A stretch of 64,000 nt of DNA from an uncultured Alphaproteobacteria bacterium (GTDB lineage: Bacteria > Pseudomonadota > Alphaproteobacteria > RF32 > CAG-239): the NCBI GenBank assembly GCA_949493535.1, contig CASZWJ010000008.1, forward strand, positions 345-64,344. The letters run 5' to 3'. This document shows, one piece after another, positions 10,489 to 20,566 of this stretch. The translations under genes were made by a program, and so were the position numbers. Position 1 is the first letter of the stretch; each line of letters opens with the position of its first letter. The notes under the pieces were generated by a model. The model saw nothing but the letters and a program-made list of their open reading frames with translations, was not told where the DNA came from and searched no databases.

Positions 10489-11325
10489 TCAAATCAGCCC
10501 TTTTTCTTTCAGCAACTCGGCCATCTCTTGTTGGAGCTTGGCTGCTGCAGCTTTGGCCGCTTCGGCAAAGTCATCGCCTGAGCTGGCATGGATAATGCCG
10601 CGGGAGGAGTTGACAAGCAAGCCGCAATCTTCGGTCATGCCGTATTTGGCAACTTCCTGCAAGGAACCGCCCTGAGCGCCGACGCCGGGAACCAAAAGGA
10701 AATGAGACGGAACATATTGTCTGATGTTTTCCAGTTCTTCCGCTTTGGTTGCGCCAACGACATACATCATATTGCCGGAGCATCCCCAGTCCAAAGATGC
10801 GGCCAGCACTTCTTCATAAAGCTTGTAGCCGCTTTGGTTTTGAATGAATTGGAAATCCGAAGCCCCTTTGTTTGAAGTCAGTGTGAGCAGCACGACCCAT
10901 TTGCCTTCATATTCAAGGAACGGTGCAACGCTGTCTTCTCCCATATATGGAGCAACAGTCAGGGCGTCAACATCATAGAACTCGAAAAATGCCTGAGCAT
11001 ACTTTTTTGACGTGTTGCCGATGTCGCCGCGTTTGGCATCTGCGATAATCAGCTTGTTAGGGTAGTTCTTGCGCAGATATTTGACTGTGCAACGGAAAGC
11101 TTCCAATCCGGGGATTCCGAAGCATTCGTAGAATGCAAGGTTCGGCTTGAACGCAACGGCATAGGGTGCTGTGGCGTCAATGATTTTCCGATTAAATTCA
11201 AATAATGCCGCGCCGCTGTTTTCTTTTTTCATGCTTTCGGGCATTTTCTTCCAGTCAGGGTCAAGACCTACACAGAGAAAAGACTGTGTTTTGATAATCT
11301 CATTTTTTAATTCATTAAAGTTCAT
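10489..11325 (-). CDS. pyrF: Orotidine 5'-phosphate decarboxylase, type 2
   Basis: Motifs LCVGLDPD and [10 protein letters not shown]; the 278-aa length is typical of the long form. Confidence 0.85.
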   Translation of the reverse strand: MNFNELKNEIIKTQSFLCVGLDPDWKKMPESMKKENSGAALFEFNRKIIDATAPYAVAFKPNLAFYECFGIPGLEAFRCTVKYLRKNYPNKLIIADAKRGDIGNTSKKYAQAFFEFYDVDALTVAPYMGEDSVAPFLEYEGKWVVLLTLTSNKGASDFQFIQNQSGYKLYEEVLAASLDWGCSGNMMYVVGATKAEELENIRQYVPSHFLLVPGVGAQGGSLQEVAKYGMTEDCGLLVNSSRGIIHASSGDDFAEAAKAAAAKLQQEMAELLKEKGLI

Positions 11326-11490
11326 AAGCTTTAAAAATTAAAGTGTTTAACATCATGATAACTAAAAAAATAAATAAGTAGCCCCCAATTTAGAACAAAA
11401 AACTGAAAAGGCAAGCTTTTTATTGTAACCAAAACTTAACCAAACGAAAGTATATTTTGAGAATGTATAAAAATCTGATAGGAGAAAATT

Positions 11491-11757
11491 ATGGATTACC
11501 TTTTTGAAGGCATTGGCTATTTGGGCGGTTTGGCATTATCTGTGTCGTTTATCCCTCAGGCATGGAAAACTTTTAAGACCAAAGATGTTTCAGGTTTGTC
11601 GCTCGGGATGTATTCAATTTATAATTTGGGCGTTTTGTGCTGGATTATCTACGGCTTTTATCTCAATTCGGTGCAAATGGTCTTGTTTAACTCAATTTGC
11701 ATCTGCTTTTCGTTTCCGGTTCTGCTGATGGTCTTAAAATATGGAAAAAAACGCTGA
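11491..11757 (+). CDS. SemiSWEET / PQ-loop small transporter
   Basis: 88 aa with three TM helices and a PQ motif (SFIPQAWKTFKTKD). Confidence 0.7.
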   Translation: MDYLFEGIGYLGGLALSVSFIPQAWKTFKTKDVSGLSLGMYSIYNLGVLCWIIYGFYLNSVQMVLFNSICICFSFPVLLMVLKYGKKR

Positions 11758-11774
11758 ATTTTTCAGCGTTTTTC
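11746..11774 (+). terminator. Rho-independent terminator
   Basis: ACGCTGAA-ttt-TTCAGCGT followed by a T-run; overlaps the stop codon. Confidence 0.7.
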
Positions 11775-11912
11775 ATTTTTTGTTTATTAATTGCTAATCT
11801 TTCATTGACATTTGGAACAGCAGTAAATATGTTCAAGCCATAATGAAAATTATAGACGTTTGAATTATTCTCTTAAGAAAATTATAGTTGTAACATTTAA
11901 TTATTATCAAGT

Positions 11913-12647
11913 ATGAAACCAATGGAAAAGATGCAATCGGCAGAACTGCTGATGCCTGATTACGGGATTGCCGTTAAACAAGCCGCAGCCCGAGGTATTG
12001 ACCGAAATGAACAAGATATTTATTTCGGAAAAGTGAAACGCTGTTTCTCCGAAGGGGAGGAAAAGGCAGAGTTTTGCTGGTGTGCTGATATCTATGAAAG
12101 CGAAAAAATGTCTGCGGATATTTCGCCGCATGAATACCGCAAGAAAATTATCTGTGTTTCAGCCGCTTCCGGCAGCACGGATATCTATGCTGCTCAAGAT
12201 GTTGAGGTTGAGGAAATTAAAACGGGAAACGCCTTTGAATACAACGGTGTCCCCCGAATGCTCCCTCGGCGTAAAGCGCAGGAAAATCCTTATGTTTTGT
12301 CTTTGGCGGACGCGCTTGAGATGTTTCATAAGTTCGGATTCATCAAGGCTGAAATCGGCGATATTTTTATCGGAACTTTCAGTTTCAAAAACTTCAATGA
12401 GGAAGATTCTCTGTGTCCGGAGTGGCGAAGGCATTTCGGCATAGGCCTGTGTTATATGATAGAGGTTGTCGTTGACGGTGCCCTTTCTGTCGCCGTTATA
12501 TGTGCATTTAACGAAACAAGGCCCAAAACAGTTATCTGTAATCCGCTGGAGCTGTCCGTCATTCGCCCCTACCAATTGGGCGATACATTTCGGACTGTCT
12601 GCGGGCGGATGACTCTGGTCAACGGAGTAATGACGCCCCAGCGGTAA
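11913..12647 (+). CDS. Hypothetical protein
   Basis: 244-aa ORF bounded by terminators on both sides. No recognisable motif. Confidence 0.5.
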   Translation: MKPMEKMQSAELLMPDYGIAVKQAAARGIDRNEQDIYFGKVKRCFSEGEEKAEFCWCADIYESEKMSADISPHEYRKKIICVSAASGSTDIYAAQDVEVEEIKTGNAFEYNGVPRMLPRRKAQENPYVLSLADALEMFHKFGFIKAEIGDIFIGTFSFKNFNEEDSLCPEWRRHFGIGLCYMIEVVVDGALSVAVICAFNETRPKTVICNPLELSVIRPYQLGDTFRTVCGRMTLVNGVMTPQR

Positions 12648-12671
12648 GTTGCGGCTGTCATACGAGAATCT

Positions 12672-12708
12672 AAAAGCCGTTTGTGTTTTTCACAAACGGC
12701 TTTTTTTT
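12672..12708. terminator. Bidirectional terminator
   Basis: AAAAGCCGTTTGTG-ttttt-CACAAACGGCTTTTTTTT. Confidence 0.8.
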
Positions 12709-13288
12709 AAGATAAAGTGCTGAGCATAGAAAAAATACCTGTCAGAATAACTGTCTGGATAAGATAGTTTCTGAACCATTCGTTATAAAGTCCGCGTCTG
12801 ACAGTGGTATTTCTGCGCAAATCCGTTAATTGGTTTTGCTTAAGTCCGGCGAAATCTGAGCCGGATTCCAAATCGGCAACGGTTATTTTATCGGGGTTAT
12901 GTTTTTTTCTTTTATGCAGAAGAAAAACATACGCCGCAAAAATTGCGCCAATGCCGTAACCAAAGGCAAACAAAAGAGTGTCGCCGTTTTTTAAGCTCAG
13001 GCTGAAGCCCCATATGAGGGCAAACGATACAAAATTGTATAAAAACATAGAAAGCAGGGAAATCCGGTTTCGGACAACCGAGCGAGCCAGCCGCAGCGAG
13101 AAGAAAATCAAAGCGGCGGCCGTAAAAAACCTTAATAATACTAAATCCATTTTTGTTTGATTTGAAATTAAAAATATTTGTTCATGGCTAAAATAGGGCT
13201 GAAAATAAAAAAAGGCAAGGATTTTGTCATAAAAAGGGTGTGAGGCGGGCATTGCTGTCGGAAACCGTTTTAACATTGTTGACTGCAC
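12707..13288 (-). CDS. Small integral membrane protein, unknown function
   Basis: Several TM helices. The real start is probably the internal ATG at 13150 (MDLVLLRFF...), because the upstream extension is not membrane-like. Confidence 0.45.
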   Translation of the reverse strand: MQSTMLKRFPTAMPASHPFYDKILAFFYFQPYFSHEQIFLISNQTKMDLVLLRFFTAAALIFFSLRLARSVVRNRISLLSMFLYNFVSFALIWGFSLSLKNGDTLLFAFGYGIGAIFAAYVFLLHKRKKHNPDKITVADLESGSDFAGLKQNQLTDLRRNTTVRRGLYNEWFRNYLIQTVILTGIFSMLSTLS

Positions 13289-13499
13289 CCATATTAAAAC
13301 GGATTTGCGAATACAATGCCCAAAATAAAAGGCAATTTTTTATTATTAAATTAATTATATCATAAAAAAGGCGTGCGTTGCATGACAGTTTTATTAAACC
13401 ATACGGTACAAAACCGATAAATTGCTTGCAAAAAAGCATTATGGTTATATAGTGGGCGGCAGTAAAATATGTATAAACTTGAAAAAGGAGTTAATTAAT

Positions 13500-14549
13500 A
13501 TGCCTTTAGTTACAATGCGTCAAATCCTTGACCATGCCGCTGAAAATAACTACGGTGTTCCTGCTTTTAACATTAATGATATGGAACAGGTTCTGGCTGT
13601 TTTGAATGCTGCAAAAAAAGTTAATGCCCCGGTTATTTTGCAGACATCTACCGGCGCTCGCAAATTTGCCGGCGACCCGATGATTCGCCACATGATTCAA
13701 GCCGGTATCGAAATGTTCCCCGAACTGCCGATTTGTATCCACCAAGATCATGGTTCTTCCGTAAATATCTGCCAGTCTGCAATTGTTAACGGCTATTCTT
13801 CCGTTATGATGGACGGTTCTTTGGAAGCTGACGGCAAAACACCTTCTTCTTTTGAATATAATGTTAATGTGACTAAAGAAGTTGTTGCCCGTGCTCATGC
13901 CGTTGGTGCGTCTGTTGAAGGCGAACTCGGCGTTATCGGTTCCTTGGAAACAGGCAAAGGCGATAAAGAAGACGGACACGGCGCTGAAGGCGTGATTGAT
14001 AAAAAACGTCTGGTAACGGATCCTGAAGAAGCCAAACGCTTTGTAGAAGCAACTAATGTTGATGCTTTGGCCGTAGCTGTCGGAACTTCTCACGGCGCAT
14101 ATAAATTTACCCGCAAACCGGATGGCGAAATTCTGGCAATTGACGTTATTGAAAAAATTCACAAAGTTCTGCCGAATACACATATGGTTATGCATGGTTC
14201 TTCTTCCGTTCCCCAAGAACTGCAAGATTTGATCAATGCTTATGGCGGCGCTATTCCCCAGACTTACGGTGTTCCGGTTGAAGAAATTGTCCGCGGCATT
14301 AAATCAGGCGTTCGCAAAGTCAATGTCGATACCGACTGCCGTATGGCCATTACCGGTGCTATCCGCAAGATTTTTGCCGAAAATCCGAAAGAATTTGATC
14401 CGCGCAAATATCTCAAACCGGCAATTGAAGAAATGCAGAAAGTCTGCGAAGCCCGTTATATCTCTTTCGGTGCTGCCGGACATGCAGACGGCATTAAAGC
14501 TATTCCGTTGTCAGTTATGGCAAAACGTTACGCTGACGGCGAAATCTAG
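13500..14549 (+). CDS. fba: Fructose-1,6-bisphosphate aldolase, class II
   Basis: Starts MPLVTMRQILDHAAENNYGVPAFN after an AAGGAG RBS. Metal ligands in HQDHG and MHGSS. The ORF-track start at 13422 is an upstream extension. Confidence 0.9.
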   Translation: MPLVTMRQILDHAAENNYGVPAFNINDMEQVLAVLNAAKKVNAPVILQTSTGARKFAGDPMIRHMIQAGIEMFPELPICIHQDHGSSVNICQSAIVNGYSSVMMDGSLEADGKTPSSFEYNVNVTKEVVARAHAVGASVEGELGVIGSLETGKGDKEDGHGAEGVIDKKRLVTDPEEAKRFVEATNVDALAVAVGTSHGAYKFTRKPDGEILAIDVIEKIHKVLPNTHMVMHGSSSVPQELQDLINAYGGAIPQTYGVPVEEIVRGIKSGVRKVNVDTDCRMAITGAIRKIFAENPKEFDPRKYLKPAIEEMQKVCEARYISFGAAGHADGIKAIPLSVMAKRYADGEI

Positions 14550-14569
14550 TTTTAATAAAAAACAACTAA

Positions 14570-14599
14570 AGAAAGGCTCTCTTTTTGAGAGCCTTTTTT
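14570..14599 (+). terminator. Rho-independent terminator after fba
   Basis: AAGGCTCTC-tttt-GAGAGCCTT plus a T-run. Confidence 0.8.
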
Positions 14600-14749
14600 G
14601 TAACAAAAATGTCATACATTTTGTCTGGAACGGCGGTGTGATTTGTGATATGTTAAAACAATTCCAAAAATTATTAGCTCTCTATATTTATAAAATTAAT
14701 CTTAGAGAGTTTTTCATTTCTGCAAATAATAACTAAAAAAAATATAAAA

Positions 14750-15160
14750 ATGAAAACTTATCAAAAATTGCTTCTCTTCGCCGTTTTCGTGTTAATCCTC
14801 ATCATTTGGATTGTTGCAACGACAGAGAAAAAAGAAACCGCTTCCGAACCACCTGCAAAAGTTGAACGGAAAGAACCGGCCGAACCGCAGCTGCCCAAAG
14901 ATCCTAAAGGCGAAAAAATCCTGATGATGTCTTTGCCGGCACAAGACACAACCGTCGTCTTTAAGCTCGATTCAGGCGATGTTGTCAAAATCTCAGAAAT
15001 CAGAAACGAGAGCAATGCTGTTCTTATCTGGACATCTGAGAGCAGGAACTATTATCAGATTATCCTGCGTGACAAATATCCCGATTGGTCGCCGAATGTC
15101 GAAGGCGGCGTTTTCAAACTCAAAAACGGCAGAAAACTGACCGTTAAGTTTGAAAATTAA
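14750..15160 (+). CDS. Membrane-anchored or secreted protein, unknown function
   Basis: N-terminal hydrophobic helix, a P/E/K-rich linker, and a small beta-rich C-terminal domain. Has its own terminator. Confidence 0.5.
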   Translation: MKTYQKLLLFAVFVLILIIWIVATTEKKETASEPPAKVERKEPAEPQLPKDPKGEKILMMSLPAQDTTVVFKLDSGDVVKISEIRNESNAVLIWTSESRNYYQIILRDKYPDWSPNVEGGVFKLKNGRKLTVKFEN

Positions 15161-15182
15161 TCTGCCGAATTTATCTCTTTTG

Positions 15183-15216
15183 ACCTGCCGCAAAATGCGG
15201 CAGGTTGTTTTTTTTG
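15183..15216 (+). terminator. Rho-independent terminator
   Basis: ACCTGCCGC-aaaa-GCGGCAGGT plus a T-run. Confidence 0.8.
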
Positions 15217-15330
15217 TTGCATTTATCTCAAAAGGCAGTTAGAACCACAACCTTGCAAATAATTATTAGCTTTTAAGCATATGTTTGCTTTTTTAGCAGG
15301 ACAATTAACTAATTTAATCATAAAGATATC

Positions 15331-15549
15331 ATGAAGAAAATAGTAATTTTCATATCTGTAATGGTATGTTTGAGCCTTGCGGCCGGAGTAAAAATTTATG
15401 TTGATGAGGTAAATGGCAAGAATAACCCTCAAGAGGAAATAAAACCGCTTGAGCGTGTTCGTAAAAGGCCTTCTTTGCCTTTATCGCAACCGGAAACAAA
15501 GCAACCGGATAAACCGTTGCCGCCGGCAGATTCTGTTAAAAGGTTTTGA
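15331..15549 (+). CDS. Small signal-anchored Pro-rich protein
   Basis: 72 aa with N-terminal hydrophobic segment MKKIVIFISVMVCLSLAAG and a P/K/E-rich tail. Confidence 0.4.
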   Translation: MKKIVIFISVMVCLSLAAGVKIYVDEVNGKNNPQEEIKPLERVRKRPSLPLSQPETKQPDKPLPPADSVKRF

Positions 15550-15595
15550 AAAAACGTCCGCTTCAGAGCATTTCTTGAAGCGGACGCTTGTTTTT
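15549..15595. terminator. Bidirectional terminator
   Basis: ACGTCCGCTTCA...TGAAGCGGACG long stem with flanking A- and T-runs. Confidence 0.75.
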
Positions 15596-15607
15596 ATATC
15601 AGAAATT

Positions 15608-16117
15608 TTATTTTTTCGACATGTGTTCCATACTGGTTTTAATATCTTCCAGATAATCTTCCAAATCCTGTTCATGGTCAAGTTCGTCGCTTAAGATATG
15701 GCGGGCAACATGGAATGTTTCAATATCTTTGGCACTCATGCACAGGTTGCAGATTTGCTGGTAACGGCCGATAGCACAGCGTTCTGCTTCCAAATTTTGT
15801 TCAAGCAGGGTGACGATAAATTCATCAACGGGGGCATCGTAACGGCAGATAGCATGTTTTTTCCATTCTTCCGGATCAAGAACCGGCGTGCCGCCCAGTT
15901 GGATGATACGGTCGCAGACTTTTTTAGCGTGGTCGAATTCTTCTTTTGCATGTTCTAAAAACTCGTCGGCAATGGTCTTACGCATCGGGCCTTTGGCAAC
16001 CTGAGCGCCGATCCAATATTGGTAATAAGCGAGCCATTCTTCGGAATAAGCCGTATTTAAAAGTTTCAAAATTTCGTCTTTGTTTTCTTTAATAATTTTT
16101 TGAGCCATTTGTCCCAT
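15608..16117 (-). CDS. Ferritin-like (bacterioferritin/Dps-like) di-iron protein
   Basis: Start MGQMAQKII after a GGAGAA RBS. Four-helix ExxH-type ligand motifs (EEFDHAKK, ELDHEQDLE). The ORF-track start at 16183 is an extension. Confidence 0.7.
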   Translation of the reverse strand: MGQMAQKIIKENKDEILKLLNTAYSEEWLAYYQYWIGAQVAKGPMRKTIADEFLEHAKEEFDHAKKVCDRIIQLGGTPVLDPEEWKKHAICRYDAPVDEFIVTLLEQNLEAERCAIGRYQQICNLCMSAKDIETFHVARHILSDELDHEQDLEDYLEDIKTSMEHMSKK

Positions 16118-16271
16118 AGTTTTTCTCCGTATAAAAGTTCTGGTTAAATCATTGTTTACGGTTGAGATAATCATCAAAAGCATTAAATCAAGTCAAAAGT
16201 TCTAATAATTTTCTGGCTTTTAAAAAATGCCTGTTTTATGATGAAAATATAATTTTTTAAGGAGTTTTCTT

Positions 16272-16907
16272 ATGGTTAAAATCGCCCCGAGCATTCTTTC
16301 GGCAGACAGTGCCTCGCTTGGAAAAGAAGTTTCTGCGCTGGCATCCGCCGGAGCAGATATGATTCATATTGACGTTATGGACGGCAATTATGTGCCGAAC
16401 CTGACTTTTGGGCCGGGCGTAGTCAAAGCCTTGCGCCCGTATTGCAAATTGCCGTTTGATGTTCACCTTATGGTGCAAAATCCCGATGTGATGATTCGCT
16501 GGTTTGCTGATGCCGGAGCCGATATTATAACGGTTCATGCTGAAACCTGCCCGCATTTGGACAAGACGCTTGAGACGATTCGCCAATATGGCATAAAAGC
16601 GGGCGTTTCGTTGAATCCTGCCACGCCGGAAAACTGCATTGAATATGTTTTGGATAAAGTAGATCAGATTTTGGTGATGACGGTCAATCCGGGCTTTGGC
16701 GGCCAGAGTTTTATTGAGAACCAGCTTGAGAAAATTTCAAAAATCAAAAATATGATTGGAGACCGGCCGATAGAAATTGAAGTCGACGGTGGCATCAATC
16801 CGATGACCGCTTCTGAATGCATTGCCGCGGGAGCTGATATTCTCGTTGCCGGAACATCTGTGTTTGCCGGCGGCGATTATCGAAAAAATATCAATGCTTT
16901 AAGGTAA
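16272..16907 (+). CDS. rpe: Ribulose-phosphate 3-epimerase
   Basis: IHIDVMDG and MTVNPGFGGQ motifs; 211 aa. Confidence 0.95.
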   Translation: MVKIAPSILSADSASLGKEVSALASAGADMIHIDVMDGNYVPNLTFGPGVVKALRPYCKLPFDVHLMVQNPDVMIRWFADAGADIITVHAETCPHLDKTLETIRQYGIKAGVSLNPATPENCIEYVLDKVDQILVMTVNPGFGGQSFIENQLEKISKIKNMIGDRPIEIEVDGGINPMTASECIAAGADILVAGTSVFAGGDYRKNINALR

Positions 16908-16961
16908 TTTTAAGAGAGTGGGCTTAAGATAATCCATTATCACTCTTTAAGGAGATGCAAG

Positions 16962-17666
16962 ATGAAACATGTGGTTATGCTGGTCGAAGACGAAGAGGCT
17001 TTGGCGCTGCTTCTTAAATATAACCTTGAAAAAGAAGGCTATGATGTCATTTGGGAAGCCAGAGGGAACAAAGCTTTGGCAGAGGTTGAAAAAGCCCGTC
17101 CGTCTGTCGTTATTTTAGACTGGATGCTGCCGGAGATTTCAGGTGTCGAAATCTGCAAGCTGATTCGCAGCAAGCCCGATATTAAAACAACCCCGATAAT
17201 AATGCTGACGGCAAAAGGAGAGGAAGAAGACAAAATCAAAGGTTTGTCTGCCGGCGCGGACGATTATGTAACCAAACCGTTTTCCATTCCCGAATTAATG
17301 GCGCGCGTCAAAACCCAGTTGCGCCGTGCTCCGGAACCGCAAGATGAAAAAGAATTTGTTTTTGAAGATATCCGTATGGATTTAGGAACCAAAAAAGTCT
17401 ATCGGGGCGAAAATTATATCCACCTCGGTCCGACGGAATTTCGCTTGCTGCGGATGCTTATGGAAACGCCGGGCAAAGTATATTCCCGCGAATTTCTTTT
17501 GAAAAACGTTTGGGGTGATAATATTTACGTTGAATCCCGCACGGTTGACGTTCATATCCGCCGTCTGCGCAAATCCTTAAACCAGTTTGGTCCTGATTAC
17601 ATTCGTACGGTTCGGGCGACAGGTTATTCCATAGATCGCGGAGATGGCAGCGAAACGGAAGAATAA
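16962..17666 (+). CDS. phoB: OmpR-family response regulator, PhoB-like
   Basis: LDWMLP..SG, MLTAKGEEEDKIKGLSAGADDYVTKPFS and a winged-helix C-terminus closely track E. coli PhoB. There is no phoR, phoU or pst neighbour in the window. Confidence 0.7.
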   Translation: MKHVVMLVEDEEALALLLKYNLEKEGYDVIWEARGNKALAEVEKARPSVVILDWMLPEISGVEICKLIRSKPDIKTTPIIMLTAKGEEEDKIKGLSAGADDYVTKPFSIPELMARVKTQLRRAPEPQDEKEFVFEDIRMDLGTKKVYRGENYIHLGPTEFRLLRMLMETPGKVYSREFLLKNVWGDNIYVESRTVDVHIRRLRKSLNQFGPDYIRTVRATGYSIDRGDGSETEE

Positions 17667-17671
17667 TTTTG

Positions 17672-17700
17672 AAAAGGCATCTGTTGAGATGCCTTTTTTA
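17672..17700 (+). terminator. Rho-independent terminator after phoB
   Basis: GGCATCT-gttg-AGATGCC plus a T-run. Confidence 0.75.
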
Positions 17701-17791
17701 TTGGGCAAGATGTATAATGCGCTTGCTAAAAAGAAGAATTCGGGGCATGATAAGCAAATTAAAATGATAAAATAAAAAGAGTAATACATAA

Positions 17792-18919
<1,128 letters not shown>

Positions 18920-18927
18920 GGTGAAGC

Positions 18928-19890
18928 ATGGAAATTTGCGAAAATAAATCAATCAAAGAAGTTGTCGGTTCTTTTGCCGAAGAAAATTCTCAGGAAGGCT
19001 TGCGCGTTTTTGTTGCCGGCGGTTCTCGTGCCGGTATGGACGATGTTTATGTTGATGAAGCTTATAATCTGGGGCGCCAAATTGCCAGAATGGATTTCAA
19101 ACTTGATTTCGGCTTGTCCAGTTCCGGCATTATGGGGGCTGTTGCCCGTGGTGTGCTTGACGGCTGGAATAAGAAAAAATGCAAAACAACGCCGATTCAG
19201 GGAATCACGACCAAAGAGTATTACAGTCTGTATCAAACCGATGAAATTTTAGGACAGATAGAAGATGTGATTGTTGCCCAAACTTTGGAAGAACGCAAAA
19301 AGAAGTTGCTGAATGCGGATTTTGTGGTCTTTGCGCCGGGCGGTGTTGGTACTCTGGATGAATTAGCCTATGACTGTGTTGCTATGCAGGACGGTTTGCT
19401 GCCGATAAAACCGTTTATTCTCTATAATGTCGATTCGTTCTTTCATCATATGGTTGAATATTTGAAAGAGATTTCGGCAAAAGGCTTTGCTGATCCTGTG
19501 CCTTTTATTATCGTTGATAACAGCGATGAATTAAGCATTGTGTTTCGTTTGCTCAAATTGCGTTATAAAAAAGGCAAAACAACGGCGGAAGTTTATGCCG
19601 CAACTCGTCAGCTGATTTATGAATTGCCGTATTTCATTAAAAAGAAACCTGATTCGTCTGTGCATGTCGAAGATATTATTGCCGATATGCAAAACACCAG
19701 CTTGTATGGAACGGCGGAAGAGCGTCAGGAATTGGCAAATGAGATAGAACTGGCTTATCTGGAAAAAGAAATTGAACGGATGTATGATCGCTTATCAAAA
19801 ACCGGTCGCGATACGTCTATCGTCAGCGATAAATTGGCGAATTTGAAAAAACGCAAAAAAGAAAATGCCAAGAATAAAAGAGAAAAATAA
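18928..19890 (+). CDS. LOG-family (TIGR00730-like) nucleotide phosphoribohydrolase homologue with a long charged C-terminal extension
   Basis: PGGVGTLDEL signature in a Rossmann-like core, followed by a ~100-aa coiled/charged tail. Starts 8 nt after the tgt stop. Confidence 0.65.
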   Translation: MEICENKSIKEVVGSFAEENSQEGLRVFVAGGSRAGMDDVYVDEAYNLGRQIARMDFKLDFGLSSSGIMGAVARGVLDGWNKKKCKTTPIQGITTKEYYSLYQTDEILGQIEDVIVAQTLEERKKKLLNADFVVFAPGGVGTLDELAYDCVAMQDGLLPIKPFILYNVDSFFHHMVEYLKEISAKGFADPVPFIIVDNSDELSIVFRLLKLRYKKGKTTAEVYAATRQLIYELPYFIKKKPDSSVHVEDIIADMQNTSLYGTAEERQELANEIELAYLEKEIERMYDRLSKTGRDTSIVSDKLANLKKRKKENAKNKREK

Positions 19891-19918
19891 AGAAAGCCGC
19901 AAATCAGCGGCTTTCTTT
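19889..19918 (+). terminator. Rho-independent terminator after the LOG gene
   Basis: AAAGAAAGCCGC-aaatca-GCGGCTTTCTTT. Confidence 0.8.
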
Positions 19919-20067
19919 ATTGAATCAATTTAAGAATCTTATTTTTTTGTCTATAGTCTTGCGTTTGAAAATATTGGAATGCGTTGGAAATATGAGGTTT
20001 TGATGCAATCTAAACCAATGATTTTTCGATAAAATTCAAAAAAATGACAAAATATCGAAATTTTTTG

Positions 20068-20096
20068 TTGACGGGGTTAAAAACGTATGATATACA
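20068..20096 (+). promoter_or_regulatory. Sigma70-like promoter of the orphan unit
   Basis: TTGACG (20068-20073), a 17-nt spacer, then TATACA (20091-20096), with an A/T-rich UP-like tract upstream. Confidence 0.45.
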
Positions 20097-20211
20097 TACT
20101 GGCATAAACGAATTAAAATGACTAAGCATTATGAATAAATCACCTCCTGTTATTGTTTCGACTTCGACACGCAACCAGTAGATTTCCCGACATTTAAGAC
20201 GAAGAAACCCC

Positions 20212-20244
20212 ATGCATCGAATTAGAGACGAAACCAGTTCATAA
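20212..20244 (+). CDS. Candidate micro-ORF 1, MHRIRDETSS
   Basis: ATG CAT CGA ATT AGA GAC GAA ACC AGT TCA TAA. Shares the xRIRDET block with two downstream ORFs. Only a purine-rich tract (GAAGAAA) lies upstream as a weak RBS. Confidence 0.3.
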   Translation: MHRIRDETSS

Positions 20245-20304
20245 AAAAGCAGAAAAATCGAATGTCAGACTTCTGAATTAAGCCGCGATGGCACCTGAAC
20301 ACGT

Positions 20305-20340
20305 ATGAACCGGATAAGAGACGAAACTGATACAGTTTGA
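20305..20340 (+). CDS. Candidate micro-ORF 2, MNRIRDETDTV
   Basis: ATG AAC CGG ATA AGA GAC GAA ACT GAT ACA GTT TGA. Same frame modulo 3 as ORF 1 and ORF 3. No clear SD. Confidence 0.3.
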   Translation: MNRIRDETDTV

Positions 20341-20370
20341 GAGAGTTACTAACCTAAAATGTTAAACCGC

Positions 20371-20421
20371 GTGAACCGTATCAGAGATGAGACTCAGCCT
20401 GCAGTTTTTTGTAAATATTAA
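20371..20421 (+). CDS. Candidate micro-ORF 3, (M)NRIRDETQPAVFCKY
   Basis: GTG AAC CGT ATC AGA GAT GAG ACT ... TAA. An in-frame ATG at 20359 would add MLNR. No clear SD. Confidence 0.3.
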   Translation: MNRIRDETQPAVFCKY

Positions 20422-20531
20422 AACCGCAAGCAATGATAAGAGCCTCCCCGAAACAATAAAATAAGGAAGTCAAAAAAATTCCAGGTAGAAGCACCGCCCA
20501 CGGTTTCGGCACTGCCCCTGCAAAATTTTTT

Positions 20532-20563
20532 ATCCCTCGACTTTTCGAGGGATTTTTTATTTT
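20532..20563 (+). terminator. Rho-independent terminator ending the orphan unit
   Basis: ATCCCTCGA-cttt-TCGAGGGAT followed by TTTTTTATTTT. The U-tract is good only on the + strand. Confidence 0.85.
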
Positions 20564-20566
20564 AAA

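Larger units (their letters stand above)
20103..20563 (+). ncRNA. Orphan promoter-to-terminator unit (~460 nt) with no long ORF; candidate sRNA or micro-peptide mRNA carrying a thrice-repeated 24-nt block
   Basis: Bounded by the predicted promoter and a strong terminator. It holds repeats at 20212, 20305 and 20371, and anti-SD-like tracts CACCTCCT (20141-20148) and CCTCCCC (20443-20449). Confidence 0.5.

Noticed and set aside
16166-16175. GATAATCATC upstream of the ferritin-like gene, as a possible Fur box.
   Set aside because: Only a ~10-nt half-site-like match occurs, in AT-rich DNA. There is no full 19-bp palindrome, and many Alphaproteobacteria use Irr/RirA instead of Fur.
20196-20395. 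The repeated GACGAAAC element looked like hammerhead-ribozyme cores (CGAAAC).
   Set aside because: No CUGAUGA box lies in a compatible position relative to any copy. No three-stem junction can be drawn, and only copy 2 has an adjacent hairpin (AAACTG-ata-CAGTTT). The third-position-only variation is better explained by coding or another motif.
20103-20563. Two-piece (permuted) alphaproteobacterial tmRNA, a CRISPR mini-array, or a type III toxin-antitoxin RNA repeat.
   Set aside because: The unit has no tRNA-like T-arm or acceptor and no tag ORF ending in the usual ...AA stop context. The repeat spacing is irregular (93 and 66 nt) with unrelated intervening sequence. There is no downstream co-oriented toxin or cas gene; the next gene is convergent.
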